From assembly GCA_000442015.1 (NCBI GenBank), contig KE561209.1:493607-557606 (forward strand): a stretch of DNA of 64,000 bases. The letters are read 5' to 3'. Shown here piece after piece: positions 26,042 through 38,841 of the stretch. A model generated the notes under the pieces. It saw only the letters and a program-made list of their open reading frames with translations, was not told where the DNA came from and made no database searches. Numbering within the stretch: the stretch's first letter is position 1; each line of letters begins with the position of its first letter. This stretch comes from Rozella allomycis CSF55 (Eukaryota). The position numbers were made by a program, and so were the translations under genes.

Positions 26042-27660
26042 TCACAGGTTTATTATTCTTGGTAATCTTTCATCCTCATGCTTATTCTTTTGAGATGGAT
26101 GGTTGTGCGCGTCGAAATCCCATACTAATAAATTCTGATCCAAGGAACTAGAAATAAGTCTTGAATTTGTAAACTTTAACTGCCAAATAGCGCTACGATG
26201 TTCATTTAAGATGTAAAGACAATTCGACTTTGAAATGTCCCATATCTTATATTTTACCTATAATGAAGTTACCCTTATAGTATGATCTAGCGAACCTGAC
26301 GCCATCTTTTTATCATCAAATTGCAAACATAATATTGCTCCCTTGTGCCCAGTGAGCGTCTTCTTGCACATTCCACTATTCTTATCCCAAACTTTGATGG
26401 AGGAATCCGCTGATCCTGTTATTATTTTGTGTGAATCGACTTGGACACAATACACATAATCAGTGTGACCTTGAAGTACTTTAATACAATTCATTTTTGA
26501 TATTGACCATATTCTAACGGTTTTATCACATGAACTAGATATTATGTTGTCGATGTCGATCTGCAAGGAGCAAACTGCCTTTTCANGCCTCCTAAAATTA
26601 ATTAAGAAATATGTTTAACCGTTTTAATCATCTAAAGTTTCTCCGTTAGCTTAAATATTTGTGGCCTTTCTGAAAACTATTGTGTCACCCACTTTTAGAT
26701 TCTCCCCACAGCCCTTTTTGGTTTTCGTGCACAAGAGTCACAAATACATGTATGGTCTTTTCCAAATGGGGAATTACTTGGATATTATGTTGTCAATGTC
26801 GATCTGCAAGGAGCAAACTGCCTTTTCATGCCCTTGTAGGATTCCAAGTAATTCCCCATTTGGAAAAGACCATACATGTATTAATCCCTCTTCATCTCCC
26901 GACAAAAGAATTTTATCATTAAATTCCAACGATATAACCTCACTATTATGTCCTATTAACGTAATAATACATTCCCCTGTATTCCGCAATAATCGAAGAC
27001 ATTACCAGTTGATTTTGACCATATTTTTATAGTCCTATCTACAGATCCAGTCACAACGTATTTATTGTTGAATTTTACTGCTGAAATAATTCCTAAATGA
27101 CCTTCTAACGTTGTTTCTGGTAGGCCCTTTTCAATGTTCCATAATCTTGCAGGAAAATTTCCTTGTATCGAGACTGCTCTTTCTGAGTCAAAGGTCATCC
27201 ATAACGCTGCATCGTTCCTATTAAACTGATTTGGCCTCATATTGCGGACAGAGTAATGTCCTGATCTCCAATTACGCTCAATCAAATAACATTTTGCAAA
27301 CACATCTCGCCAATGAATCTTATTCTTATCTCCTCTACTTGGCTTATAGTTATGAAACTTGCAAATCAATCGCCAAATTCGATCGTCATGAAACAAGGTG
27401 TACCAATTTCTACATACCGACATGGCATTGACCAAGGAATCTCCATCTAAAAATCCAAAAATTTTAGAAGATATTTCTGGTGGCAAAGAAGAAATAAAAT
27501 CTACTTTCACGTGACCATCACTTAAGTAGGATGAAATCCAAGACTTTTCTTCTTGAGTACAAGTGCTAAGGATTTTCATTAACACTTCTTTTCTTTCCTC
27601 TTCAGATGAGTTTTCAAAAAGCATTTGTACATCATAAAAGCTTAATTGAGGGTAGAACAT
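26042..27660 (-). CDS. F-box/WD40 protein (Cdc4/Met30/FBXW-like); broken by an N and foreign sequence at 26586-26780
   Basis: DFISSLPPEISSKIFGFLD F-box; multiple GH...WD repeats. Confidence 0.88.
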
Positions 27661-27800
27661 CGGAAATTTTTAGGAACAAAAACAAACTGTGATACACAAA
27701 ACCTTTACTGGAAAGTGGAAACATAAACAAAACTTAAATCCTATTCTCTGTATTGTCAGTTTAATTGGTGGCGGGTACGTCTAATCTCTAAATTTCGCAA

Positions 27801-28367
27801 ATGCAAATTAGCAAGTTGGTTATATTGTTTTTCTTTGTTTTCTCGTGCAAAGCAGATTTAGGAAAAGATGTCTTAAACTTTTTGGCCAAATTGGGGAATA
27901 GCCTTGGTTTCGAAGTTGCCCGTACAATTGCTTTGGCTAATATTGATCACTCTAATGACCAAGAAGACTTGAAACAAATTGAACGTGATTTTGTCAATGC
28001 GTATTATGATTATTTGGTGGCCATGAATTCTCTAATTGGTAAAGACCAGCAGATGTCGGACTTTCAAAATGCAGTTGCCAGTTCAAAGTCTTATTCAGAA
28101 TTGTTAAATATTTTTAGAACTCATTTGAGTTTTGTTGAAAACGCCAAAATGATTCCGGCCTGAAGCCCAAAGCAGCTTGACATGTTAAACACTGCCGAAA
28201 TTTCAATGAAAAAGGTGACAAAAGTAGATATTTTAAATCCTCAAACGTGGGATGCAGGTACATACGCACTTGTGATTTCTGGATGTGTTGCATTCTTGTT
28301 AATGTGTAGTTCTCTCATTTGGTGTGGAAAGAGAATGGCTCGTAGACGTAATTACACTCCAATTTAG
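27801..28367 (+). CDS. Signal-peptide protein with a downstream TM segment after an in-frame TGA
   Basis: Two ORFs in the same frame separated by a single TGA at 28161-28163. Confidence 0.55.
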
Positions 28368-28493
28368 TTAAATTAGCAGCCAATAAAATGGTTAACGTGT
28401 AAATGAATTAAATATTATAAATTAAAATTAATAAATTGAATTTATTTAAAACCGTTCAGTTTTTCCAGACACCAGCCACAGTTATTTCTTTGG

Positions 28494-30557
28494 ATGAAAA
28501 GAAAATCAGAAAAACGCCAGTTTACCAAATCTGAGCTCAAATTTATTTCAGAATATGGAAAACTTCATCCTGGAGAAGAGAACACGTTGGAAGATGATTT
28601 GGAAACCAAAGTGATTGAGAAGTCAAAGAAAATCAATATTGACGAGAACGAAAGGTTCCAAACAGTAGAACAGGAAATTAAGATTGAAGATTATGAGGAG
28701 AAGGAGGACTCATATGAAAAGTTGTTAAAATTATCAAATGAAAAACTGGAGTGGGATGAAATTTTGGGTTCAAGTGATGTAAACCATGAAAGCAAAGAAT
28801 TAGAAGGTGGTATTAATGAAGTTTCTGTTGAAGAAGAGAGTGATGAAGGTGAGGAATCTGAAGGAGAGGTTGATGATTCTACTGACTTTTTCAGCAGACA
28901 TTTAAATCCAGAAAGCTTTGATGTAAAGGTTGAGAAACCTGTGACAAAGCCTTTGTCTGCCTTGACGAATTCAACGGTGTCATATACTGGTACTGTGGAC
29001 AAAATCCACCCATCGATGATCAAAGCGGGCTCGGTTAGAGAAAACTTTGAAAAATCATTTGAACGTTCGGATATCCATAAAGAGTTGGATGACTTTGTTT
29101 ATGGATATAAAGATGTCTTGCTTCCCTATACGTCGCACGAACAACATCCAGACCTTGAAAGTATGTACGCCTTACATGTTTTAAACCACTGCCTAAAGTA
29201 ACAATAGAATTTATTTTTGACGTTAGAACTAGAAATAGAATTTTGAAGAATAACGAGAGGCTAAAGAAGAACCCAGACCTTGAATTGCGCGACCAGGGTT
29301 ACACTAGACCAAAATGTTTAATTGTTCTACCTTTTAAATGCAATGCCTTTCAATTTATAAACAAACTAATTTCCTTAAGTGGGATTAAACAAGTTTCAAA
29401 CTTGAAGAGATTTAAAGATGAATTCGGACCATCGGACGATGATGCAGATGTTTCTAGAAAGCCAGAAGATTACAAGTATATGTTAAAAGGGAATCCTGAT
29501 GATTCTTTCAAAATTGGAATTAAACTTACTAGAAAAACTATTAAGCTTTATTCTGAATTTTATGGGTCTGATTTGATTGTTGCCAGCCCACTTGGTCTTC
29601 GATTGATTTTGGCATCCAAAGAGTAATTTACTTTATAAAATTTAAAAGTAAAAAGAAAAAAGACAATGACTTTCTCTCTTCAATCGAAATACTGGTTTTA
29701 GACCGTGCACACGTTTTTGGCATGCAGAATTGGGATCATATTGATCTTATAATGGAAAATATTAACAAATTACCGACCAAAAGCCACGATGCAGATATTT
29801 CCAGAATCAGATCATTTTATCTTGATGGCTTGGGTTCCAAGGTTAGACAAACATTAGTCTTTACGGAACATTTGACTCCTGAAATTAATCATCTATTCTC
29901 AAAAAGCTGTTCAAGTAATATTAACTTCATTTAAATAAGTTAGATTACAGCGGATACGCTAAAGTGAAGGTTGAATACCCTGGTACAATGACTAATATCT
30001 TGCGCTCTTGCAATCATCTTTTTTATAAAGTTCCTGTAGAATCTATTGCATCATCTGCTGATGATAGATTTAATTATTTCATTTTTAAGATTCTGCCTGT
30101 CGTTAAAGATGCACTGCAAAATGGTCACGTGTGTTTATTCGTTCCTTCTTATTTTGATTTTGTTAGAATTAGAAACCATTTAACGTCTGAATTATATTCT
30201 TTTAATTCTTTGAGCGAATATACAAGCGACAAGGATATCTCGAGAACGAGGACCTCTTTCTTCAAAGGGGAAGTCCCTTTGCTTTTGGTTACTGAACGCT
30301 TTGTGTTTTTCAAAAGGTAAGAAATAGTTATTTGTTTAAACAGATATCGAATTAGAGGAATTGAACAAATTTTCTTTTATCAATTACCTGATAACGGAAC
30401 GTTTTATAGCGAAATTATAAACTTTTTAGAAGAAAAGAGCCAAATATGTGCCTTGTTTAGCAAATACGATGTACTCAAACTTAATCAAGTCGTCGGCAAC
30501 AAAAAGGCTAGTAAAATGATACGATCTGAAAAAGATGTATTCTTATTTTCGACTTAA
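28494..30557 (+). CDS. UTP25: SSU processome protein Utp25
   Basis: YALHVLNHCLK, RDQGYTRPK, FYGSDLIVASPLGL, MQNWDH, FVPSYFDFVRIRN. Confidence 0.93.
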
Positions 30558-30632
30558 TAAATTCTTTTATGCATTTTATATTTTTCTCTGTGAATTTTCA
30601 AATTTTAAAGGCTAGGTTAAGAGAAAGAAGGG

Positions 30633-32844
30633 ATGTCGTCAGATGAGTTAAAAATTCTATTCGGTACATAAATTTGATTACTATTTTATAGCAACTGATA
30701 ATCATATAGGATACTTGGAAAAAGATCCCATCAGAAAAAACGACTCGTTTGAAACTTTTGAGGAAATCCTTCAACTTGCTCATCACCACAAGGTAATGAC
30801 TGAAAATTATTGAAAGAAAGGTTGACCTTTTACTTCTCGGAGGCGATCTCTTTCATGACAATAAGCCATCAAGAAATACTCTATTCCGAGTTTTAGAATT
30901 ATTTAGAAAGTACTGTTGGTATTCTATTATGTCATTACATTATAGGGGTGAAAAAGAATGTAGTTTTCAACTTTTATCAGATCAGCAAATGAATTTCGCG
31001 GCGAAATGCGCAAATCATTTGGATCCTAACCTTAATATATCCATGCCTGCATTTATTATTCATGGCAATCACGATGATCCAACTGGTGATTCAAATTTAT
31101 CTGCACTTCATTTGCTATCAGCTGCTGGATCTTTGAATCTGTTTGGGGGCAACGATCAAATCGATGATATTCAGTCAAATCCAATACTAATACAAAAAGG
31201 ATCAACAAAGCTAGCTCTTTATGGCATTGGAAATATACGAGATGAAAGACTGCATAGAACATTTCAACAAGGAAAAGTGAAATTTGCTAGACCCGTTGAA
31301 TCAACAGATGAATGGTTCAATTTACTAGTTTTCCATCAAAACAGGTGAAAGAAAATATTATATTACAACAGAGTGCAACATGGACCTACAAATTACATTC
31401 CAGAGACTTTCCTTCCAGATTTCTTAGATTTGGTGTTGTGGGGTCACGAACATGATTCCAATCCTTTGCCAGAAAAGAATGAATTGAAAGAATTTTTTGT
31501 TATTCAGCCAGGATCCTCGACTATAACTTCGCTTAGTGAAGGAGAGGCACTTCCAAAGTAAAAGAATCAAGTTTTAAGAATTAAAGACATGTGGGATTAC
31601 TATCGATCAAACAGAGAAGTTTTAGTTGGCATCCTATTCCACTCAAGACTGTAAGGCCTTTTATCATGGACACAGTTTCTCTAAGTTCCGTTGATGGTTT
31701 ACGACCCTCAGATCTGAAAGGAATCGAAACTTTCCTAAAGATTAAAGTAATTTATTTTTTCACAAACATGAATAGATTGATGAAATGATTCAAGAAAGCT
31801 ACACAGTAAGAAGGGAGCGTTTATCAGACCCCAAAAATCCCTTGTTGATTCCTCAGAACGGCAATGTATTACCATTGATTCGTTTGAAAGTTGATTATTC
31901 TGGTGATTATACAACTTTTAATCCTCTTCGTTTCGGTCAAAATTTTGTTGACAAGGCAGCTAATCCACGAGACTTGCTTGTATTTTTTAGAAAGAGACAA
32001 AAGGGCCAATCAAAAAAGATTGTTCAAGACATTCAAGTAGAAATTCCAGAACAAAATGAAGAACTAAAAATTGAAGATTTAATATCAGATTTCCTAGCCG
32101 TAGAGTCATTAGAAATGCTACCCCAGAATGAACTAGGTGATGCGGTTAGAACATTCGTTGACAAGGAAGAAAAAGATTCAATTCACAAGTAATTCCTTTC
32201 TTTGTTTATAATAAAGTTATGTTGAGAAAATTGTAAAGGATATGATTACAAAGTTCAACTTGAAAGACACCATAACCTTGGATTTCATAAAAGAAACTGT
32301 ACATCAATTAAACTATTGTCATCAAGGTTTCTAGAGAAAAGGCTATAAAGGAATCAATTAGAGTCACAAGCAATGATTCTCTTGTAAGTCCATCAATTAA
32401 TACAAAGGAACCACAGAAACAACCAGCATTTTCTGACGAGAGTTCCAATGATGCCGATATTCCCGTTTCAAATGCAAACGTAAAAAGAAAAGGCATCTCA
32501 TATTCAGGTTGAATCAGATGACGTTATATTAGTCAGTGAAAGTGAGTCTGTGAAAGAGTCGATTTCAAAGATAAATGCAAAGAAAACAACAGCAAAGTCA
32601 AAGCCTAAACCTTCACAGCCAAAATCTACAGCGTATTAATTCTTTTCTTTTGTTTTTTAGGCCTAAGAGAGTATCTTCGAAACCCACAGTCAAAACATCA
32701 AAGAAATTGAAGCAAAATACTTTATCTTTTGTTCCTATGACTTCAAGATCACAGTCAGTAAAACAATTACTATTAAATCAAAAGGATTCAGAGAGCGATG
32801 ATGATAATATTACTTATGCTAAATTCACATCTAGAAATAAATAA
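30633..32844 (+). CDS. MRE11: Mre11 nuclease
   Basis: ATDNHIG, GGDLFHDNKPS, IHGNHDDP, WFNLLVFHQNR, WGHEH, QPGSS, PLIRLKVDY. Confidence 0.96.
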
Positions 32845-32906
32845 TACTTTCATATCCAATTCACATTTTGCTTCACAAACCCGTTCTAAAAATAGTCATT
32901 GTCCGA

Positions 32907-34596
32907 TGAGAAGCCATTCAGATACTGACCCTAAAATTATTGAAGAAATTAAACTTTTCATTAAAAATCAGACAAACAATGAAATGAATTGCCAAATATG
33001 TGATCATCAGAACACTCCAAGGTACTCCACATCCAAAAATGCATTTCCGCACTTATTTGATATACTAGCGCTATCTAATTCTCCTCCTCCTATGTCTTCA
33101 TCTGAAAGGATAATCACTACAATTGCAGATCTGCTACATCGATCATTAAGCAACGCCCGTGACGATATCCCAACCCAAGAGGTTATAAGAAGATCCAACA
33201 GCGCAATTATGTTAATGTCTAATGAGGCATCAGCGTCAACTGTGGTAAGCAGATCAAACAGTAACCAAATTCAATCAAATGAGACCACTGAACAAAACCA
33301 AGCACAAAATTCATTTGCGCCATTTAATATGCATTTTCCCAATTATGTCATTGAATCATGGCAAAATAATTCATATTCAAAAAATCATTCAATTTGTGAA
33401 TGTGAAAATAACATGCACATGATGGATGCACTATATTCTTCGACATTTATTAATTACGTTAAAGATGAAACAAATCTATTTTCAGTTCAAAGGTATATTA
33501 CGCCGATTATACCAGAGTATGACATTTGGAAGTTGGCAAGTGGTCTAGCATGGATGACCTCTGAGTTTACCATAGACTCAATGGGACAATTACTTGCATT
33601 GGTCTTAAAAGATATCAACCCTGACATTGCAGGAATAATCGTGAGACTGGTATTGTGGATGCCGAAAATGACAGTCAACGATATCCTTGAAAGAAGGCGC
33701 CTTACAAACGAAAACATTGGCAAAAATCTCCCAAACTTTTTAAAGTAAACACATCAGCAACGCTATTATAGAGAGAGAAGTGTACCAGAAGTTTTCGAAC
33801 TTTTGGCAATTTTATTGATGAATGAAGGCGCCAATGATTCAGCAGTATTTTTGCATTACTTCACAACCAGTCTAGTTCCGAGTCAAAACCAGCTTTTTTC
33901 AAAATCCTTTTCTAAAGCTTCCAGTCTTTCAACAAATACCTCAAAGGAATACAAACTGCAATATTCAGGAAGCAGAAGCAAATTCAAGTTTGGGAGTTTG
34001 TCCAAAAAGAGTTCTTTATCAGAAAAGTCTTTGTGCTCTATAATGCAAGGTAGCCATGTATTTATGTCATTGTTATAGAAAAGGATAGGATTAAAGATAT
34101 AGAGAAGACTGCTGACAGTGAGGAAGCGTTACAAAACTTGGATATGTCATTCGACATAGAGAGCACCACTGAACTAATTGCTTACTTGGACAATATGCTT
34201 GATTGGGGTGAAGATTTTTTCTCCATTTTTACCCATCGCTTTATAGAGCTTATTCGTGATTCACAACTACGAAACATACCAAACATGTTAAGCAACGAAA
34301 TTAATAGTCTGACAAATTTGGCAAAACAGATGATTGAAAAGGCGCAATTAGATGAATCTGAATTCAAAAGTTTAAAGTCTAATCAATCAATAAAAATAGG
34401 TGATGAAGATTTGGGACCTTTACCACAACAAATGATTTCATTTCGTGTTTTAGACAAATTGAGGAATGACAATGCCGGGGAAGAGAGCCAAAGTACAGTT
34501 TTGTCTAGTTGCTCCTCGCTGAAAATAACTCTTACTTTAGATGAAGAACAGCTCTTAAATGATTATGAGAAAATGTATTTAGAGAAAAGGAACTAA
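32907..34596 (+). CDS. Uncharacterised protein
   Basis: Three ORFs joined in frame by two GT-AG mini-introns; start uncertain. Confidence 0.6.
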
Positions 34597-34731
34597 TAAA
34601 CTCTTTCACTTAAGACGTTCTGTTACTAAAAGATGTTTTTCTAGAAGATAATTTGTGCAACTATGAACATATCCGGGATGCATTCAAATCGAGATCCATG
34701 GTGCTATGAATTGAAATTTTCTTTTAATATC

Positions 34732-34817
34732 ATAATCACCTAGACCCTGAGGGCCTGAAGGGTTTTAGATGCAAAAAAGTAGAGCACATCGAATTTCTTG
34801 TATCTCGGGAGGATACG
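34732..34817 (+). ncRNA. Candidate small Sm-class RNA (unassigned)
   Basis: Hairpins AGACCCT/AGGGTTT and GATG/CATC, Sm-like AATTTCTTG, terminal hairpin GTATC/GATAC, in a ~270 bp non-coding gap. Confidence 0.35.
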
Positions 34818-34868
34818 TAAATGAATTAACATCGCCAACCGATTCAGTTTAAAGAAATAATTTATTAT

Positions 34869-35608
34869 TTAGCTTGAAAATTTCCAGACCTCATGGCTTT
34901 CTCCAATTGTTGTACCTCTTCCAATGACTTGGCGTTTGTTATAGCATTCTATAAAGGACAAGAAAACCAACTTACCTTAAAGCTTTCTTCCTCCAATTTG
35001 CGTTTCTTTGTGTATTTATCTAATCCGTCGCCAGGAATAAATGTTGCACTTTTGACTTCCTTACCACCAAAAACCTTTGCAGCCTCTTCTCTCTCCTTTG
35101 TATTGATTTTTCTAAAATCCAAAAGCTTAATATTTGGCATGTTATGTGCAATAAATAATCTGTAGTTTGGTCTTTTTGTAACCGGATTTCCTATTAAACT
35201 GAGACAGCGAAGGGTTTTAACTGAGAAAAGTGGCTCCAAGTCATTTAATTCTTGAATAAAGTTATTATTCATAATCAAGTTTTGTATATTGACCAAAGTT
35301 TTACCAAGGTTTGGTTCAATAGACATAACCCGATTGTTATTCAAATATATAGACTTAAGACGGTGCATAAGAGGAAAATTTTCGAGGCGTTTAATATCGT
35401 TATCTGAAAAGTCTATCGTATCGTGTTGATCCTAGAGTTAACCTTGACAAACATCTGTACTCTGGTGACAGCTAAATTTTCGATACTTGGTATTTTATTT
35501 CCTATTGTTGACAAAAGATAATATTTTACCTCGCAAGTCAAGTTCCATGTCATTAACAGCATTTAGAAAGGAAGCAGAGTACTCTATAACATCAACTGTT
35601 AAACGCAT
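34869..35608 (-). CDS. LEA1: U2 snRNP A' (Lea1/SNRPA1)
   Basis: MRLTVDVI, ELDLRGNKIPSIENL, DTIDFSDNDI, LSLIGNPV, YRLFIA, LLDFRKI. Confidence 0.93.
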
Positions 35609-35643
35609 CGAACTTTGAAATTTCCAATATTGGACAAGAAAAT

Positions 35644-36285
35644 TTATTTATCACATTGAGTTTCTGAATCTTTAACATTTAGTGATTTCCCATCTTGGCT
35701 AGTTCGTTTGTTCTTCATGTCTTTCAATCTTTGAATGAATTTCAAAATCTCAATTGAGCCTTTTGTATTTGGATGAAAACACCAAATTAAGAAAATTGCT
35801 TTTATGAGGGAATAAAATGGCAATGATTTAACTACTGATCCAAAAATTTGCTCTATCATGTTAATGCCGCCATGTACCAGCCAGTATGCCAGAAGTACTC
35901 TATATTTCATTGGGATAGCGTGATCATTTAATAACAACAGGTAAGTCTGCCGCGCTGCGTACCCATATCCCAACATTTGCGAAGAAGAGTAAGCGATGTT
36001 TTGAATTAATGAACTTATGACTATTGTCATAGATGCTGCGATTAAGGCCACCCAAATTTTTGTAGATATACCCGTGTTCTTTTCTAACAAACTGAGAATG
36101 TTTCCGATTCGATACTTTACTTCCAAATGAGAAATTAAAGGTTCGATGGATTTTTTCAGTGCGTTAAATGTGGGCAAAAGGCGTTCTGGGCATGCGTTTT
36201 CGATTTTGGAAAAGACGTTCTTAATCATTTCCGTTTCATTTGTTTCATTTTGATGGTTTTGGCCATCTTGAATTTCATGGTCCAT
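35644..36285 (-). CDS. REEP/Yop1/HVA22-family ER membrane protein
   Basis: LAYWLVHG, LPFYSLIKAIFLIWCFHPNTKGS. Confidence 0.82.
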   Translation of the reverse strand: MDHEIQDGQNHQNETNETEMIKNVFSKIENACPERLLPTFNALKKSIEPLISHLEVKYRIGNILSLLEKNTGISTKIWVALIAASMTIVISSLIQNIAYSSSQMLGYGYAARQTYLLLLNDHAIPMKYRVLLAYWLVHGGINMIEQIFGSVVKSLPFYSLIKAIFLIWCFHPNTKGSIEILKFIQRLKDMKNKRTSQDGKSLNVKDSETQCDK

Positions 36286-36348
36286 TTTGCGGGGATTTTA
36301 TTTCATAGTTACAAGATATTCATGAAATTTCTCTTTCAAAAATTATAA

Positions 36349-38440
36349 ATGACTACAGTCCTTTGTGAATTAATTTCGTTGAATGAATTTACCATAAAGG
36401 ACGATAGGTCGCTTTTCAAAATCTTTACTGGAGTTCAAGGACATAAATACAGTAGTCATATATGTTTGTCTTTATATCATTAGATGGCAAAGAAAAGGAG
36501 TGGATCTTTCCTTTAAAAGAATATCATAGTGTTCTAGAACAGGTTAAAAAAGAAAAACCAAACTTACTGTACAGAGAAATACCAAAGTTGCTTTTGGACA
36601 CTTTTCTATCACTCAAACCACTTCCACATGTTGATATAAATAAAACAAATATCCCAAAGACTTTGTTGCAAAAGCTTATGCCATTTCAGATAGAGGGAGT
36701 TCGATACTCAATTCAGAAGCAGGGCAAAATTGCAATATGTGACCAAATGGGGCTTGGTAAATCGGTTCAGGGTAAAAAGATCTTTATTTTGTTAAACTAG
36801 CGCTTGCTGTTGCGCTTCATTATAAACGTGAGTGGCCATTATTAATCATATCTCCATCTTCTCTGCTTAGCACATGGGAACAAGTATAATTTGTCGTAAT
36901 TAAGCATAGATGATTAAAGATTGGGTTTCAATGCCGGTTGAAGTTGGGGTAATTTATGAAAGCAAAAATGCGTCCTTTGATTCTGAACAAATTTATGTTA
37001 TAAGTTATGATTTGGCAGTTAAATTATCTGATAAAGTTGCTAAAAAGAAATTCGAAGTGATTATCGTAGTAATCTATGAATCATGATCCATAATTTCAAG
37101 GATGAGTGTCATTATCTAAAAAATGCCAATACAAAGAGGACAAAGACTCTATTACCAATAATACAGAAAGCAGAGAGGAGAATTTTACTGTCTGGAACTC
37201 CCGCGTTATCTAGACCGATGGAATTATTTACTCAACTTCAAATAATCCAGCCAGCGTTATTTAAGAATTTTTTTGATTATGGGGCGCGATATTGTGCAGC
37301 CTTTAAAGTAATTAGCATAGTATTTAAAGAGAGTCACATTTTGGATGGAATTTTAAAGGTGCTTCTAATGTTAGAGAGCTACAAGTTATTTTAGAAAACT
37401 TGTTCATGATCAGACGATTGAAAGACCAGGTTTTGTCGCAGCTTCCACCTAAAAGACGCCAACAAGTAAATTGATTAAATATTTTTGATATGATTTTTCT
37501 GCATCTGGAAAGAAAAGATTTGAATAAAATATCAAAGAGGAAAGATTACCCAAAATCACAAACGCTAGAGAGTTTACTAAATTCCAAAAATGGCCTAGAG
37601 TCTGAAATTAATGATAATTCATTATTGACATCATGGAAAGAAACAGCAGCAGCAAAGTTGCCATCAATGATTAATTATGTGGAAGGTTTAGTTGAATCTG
37701 GACACAAATTACTCCTTTTTGCTCATCATCGTGACATAATGGATGAATTTGAGAAACGGATTATAGAAAAGGTAAAAACAGTGCTTTTGCTTTAATAGAA
37801 AATAAATTACATTAGGATTGATGGATCAACCGCGACAAATTCTAGGTTTGCTAAATGTGATGAATTTCAAAAGAAGGAAGACATTAAAGTTGCTCTTCTC
37901 AGCATAACTGCTGCTAGCGTCGGTTTAACTTTGACAAGTGCCACAACTGTAGTGTTTGCTGAATTGTATTGGAACCCCGGTGTAAATTTGCAACATCATA
38001 ATGAAATAGGTTTTGGTTCAAGCTGAAGACAGAGCTCGTAGAATAGGCCAAAAAGATTCCGTTAATGTTCACTTTTTACTCGCAAAAGGCACCCTGGATG
38101 ACATATTTTGGTAATTTCATGAAAATATCTTTAAAGGCCTCTGATTCTTAAAAAATTAGACATCCTGGAAAGCGTTGGTCTATCCAAAAATGAGTTTGCA
38201 TTAACCACTCAAGTAGAAATAGATGAAAAAGGTCAGCAGCATTCCAATAAACGAAAAGCGAGTTTCGACAAGTCGATTAAAGACTACTTTGTCAAGAAAC
38301 CTCTCGAAACAATCGAATTATCTAGCGACTCTCCAAAGTGCAATGAAATAGAATTAATAACAGATGACAGCGACTTTGAAATTGACCAAGAGACTTTAAG
38401 AATACTTGACGAAATGGATAAGAAAGTTGTAAATCAATAA
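36349..38440 (+). CDS. SMARCAL1: SMARCAL1/HARP annealing helicase (SNF2 family)
   Basis: [68 protein letters not shown]. Confidence 0.92.
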
Positions 38441-38474
38441 AATTTGTATTTAACTACTACAGACTATCGTCAAT

Positions 38475-38785
38475 CTATTTCTTCGGAAGTTCAAACTTTT
38501 GTATTGTTTCCCAGACCATCAGGATATTCTCATACACTGCGTTGGAAGCTATTCTCAACATTCTAACAGTGTTGGATTTAAATTTTCTATCGGTGTATAT
38601 AGTTGTTTAAAATTACATATGGAGTACATTGTTGTTAGTTGACATTCCTCGTTGAATCTCATTGGTCTTCAACTCTTTATCTACATTTACCACTTTACAA
38701 ACTATATCGGCATGTTCACTTTTTTCAAAAGGTATCTCGATATTTCTATCTTGGCAAAATTAAAGAAAAGTTACAATTCAAACAT
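38475..38785 (-). CDS. PCC1: KEOPS subunit Pcc1/LAGE3
   Basis: Spliced MFELNIEIPFEKSEHADIVCKVVNVDKEL...FKSNTVRMLRIASNAVYENILMVWETIQKF; missed by the ORF track. Confidence 0.8.
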
Positions 38786-38841
38786 AGACCACAAACGACA
38801 AAAGTTTTGGCGATTCAGCCACTCAAAAGTCAAAATTTAAG

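Noticed and set aside
38018-38050. SMARCAL1 motif VI reads [11 protein letters not shown] instead of RAHRIGQ
   Set aside because: A single-base difference that cannot be told from error or tolerated variation
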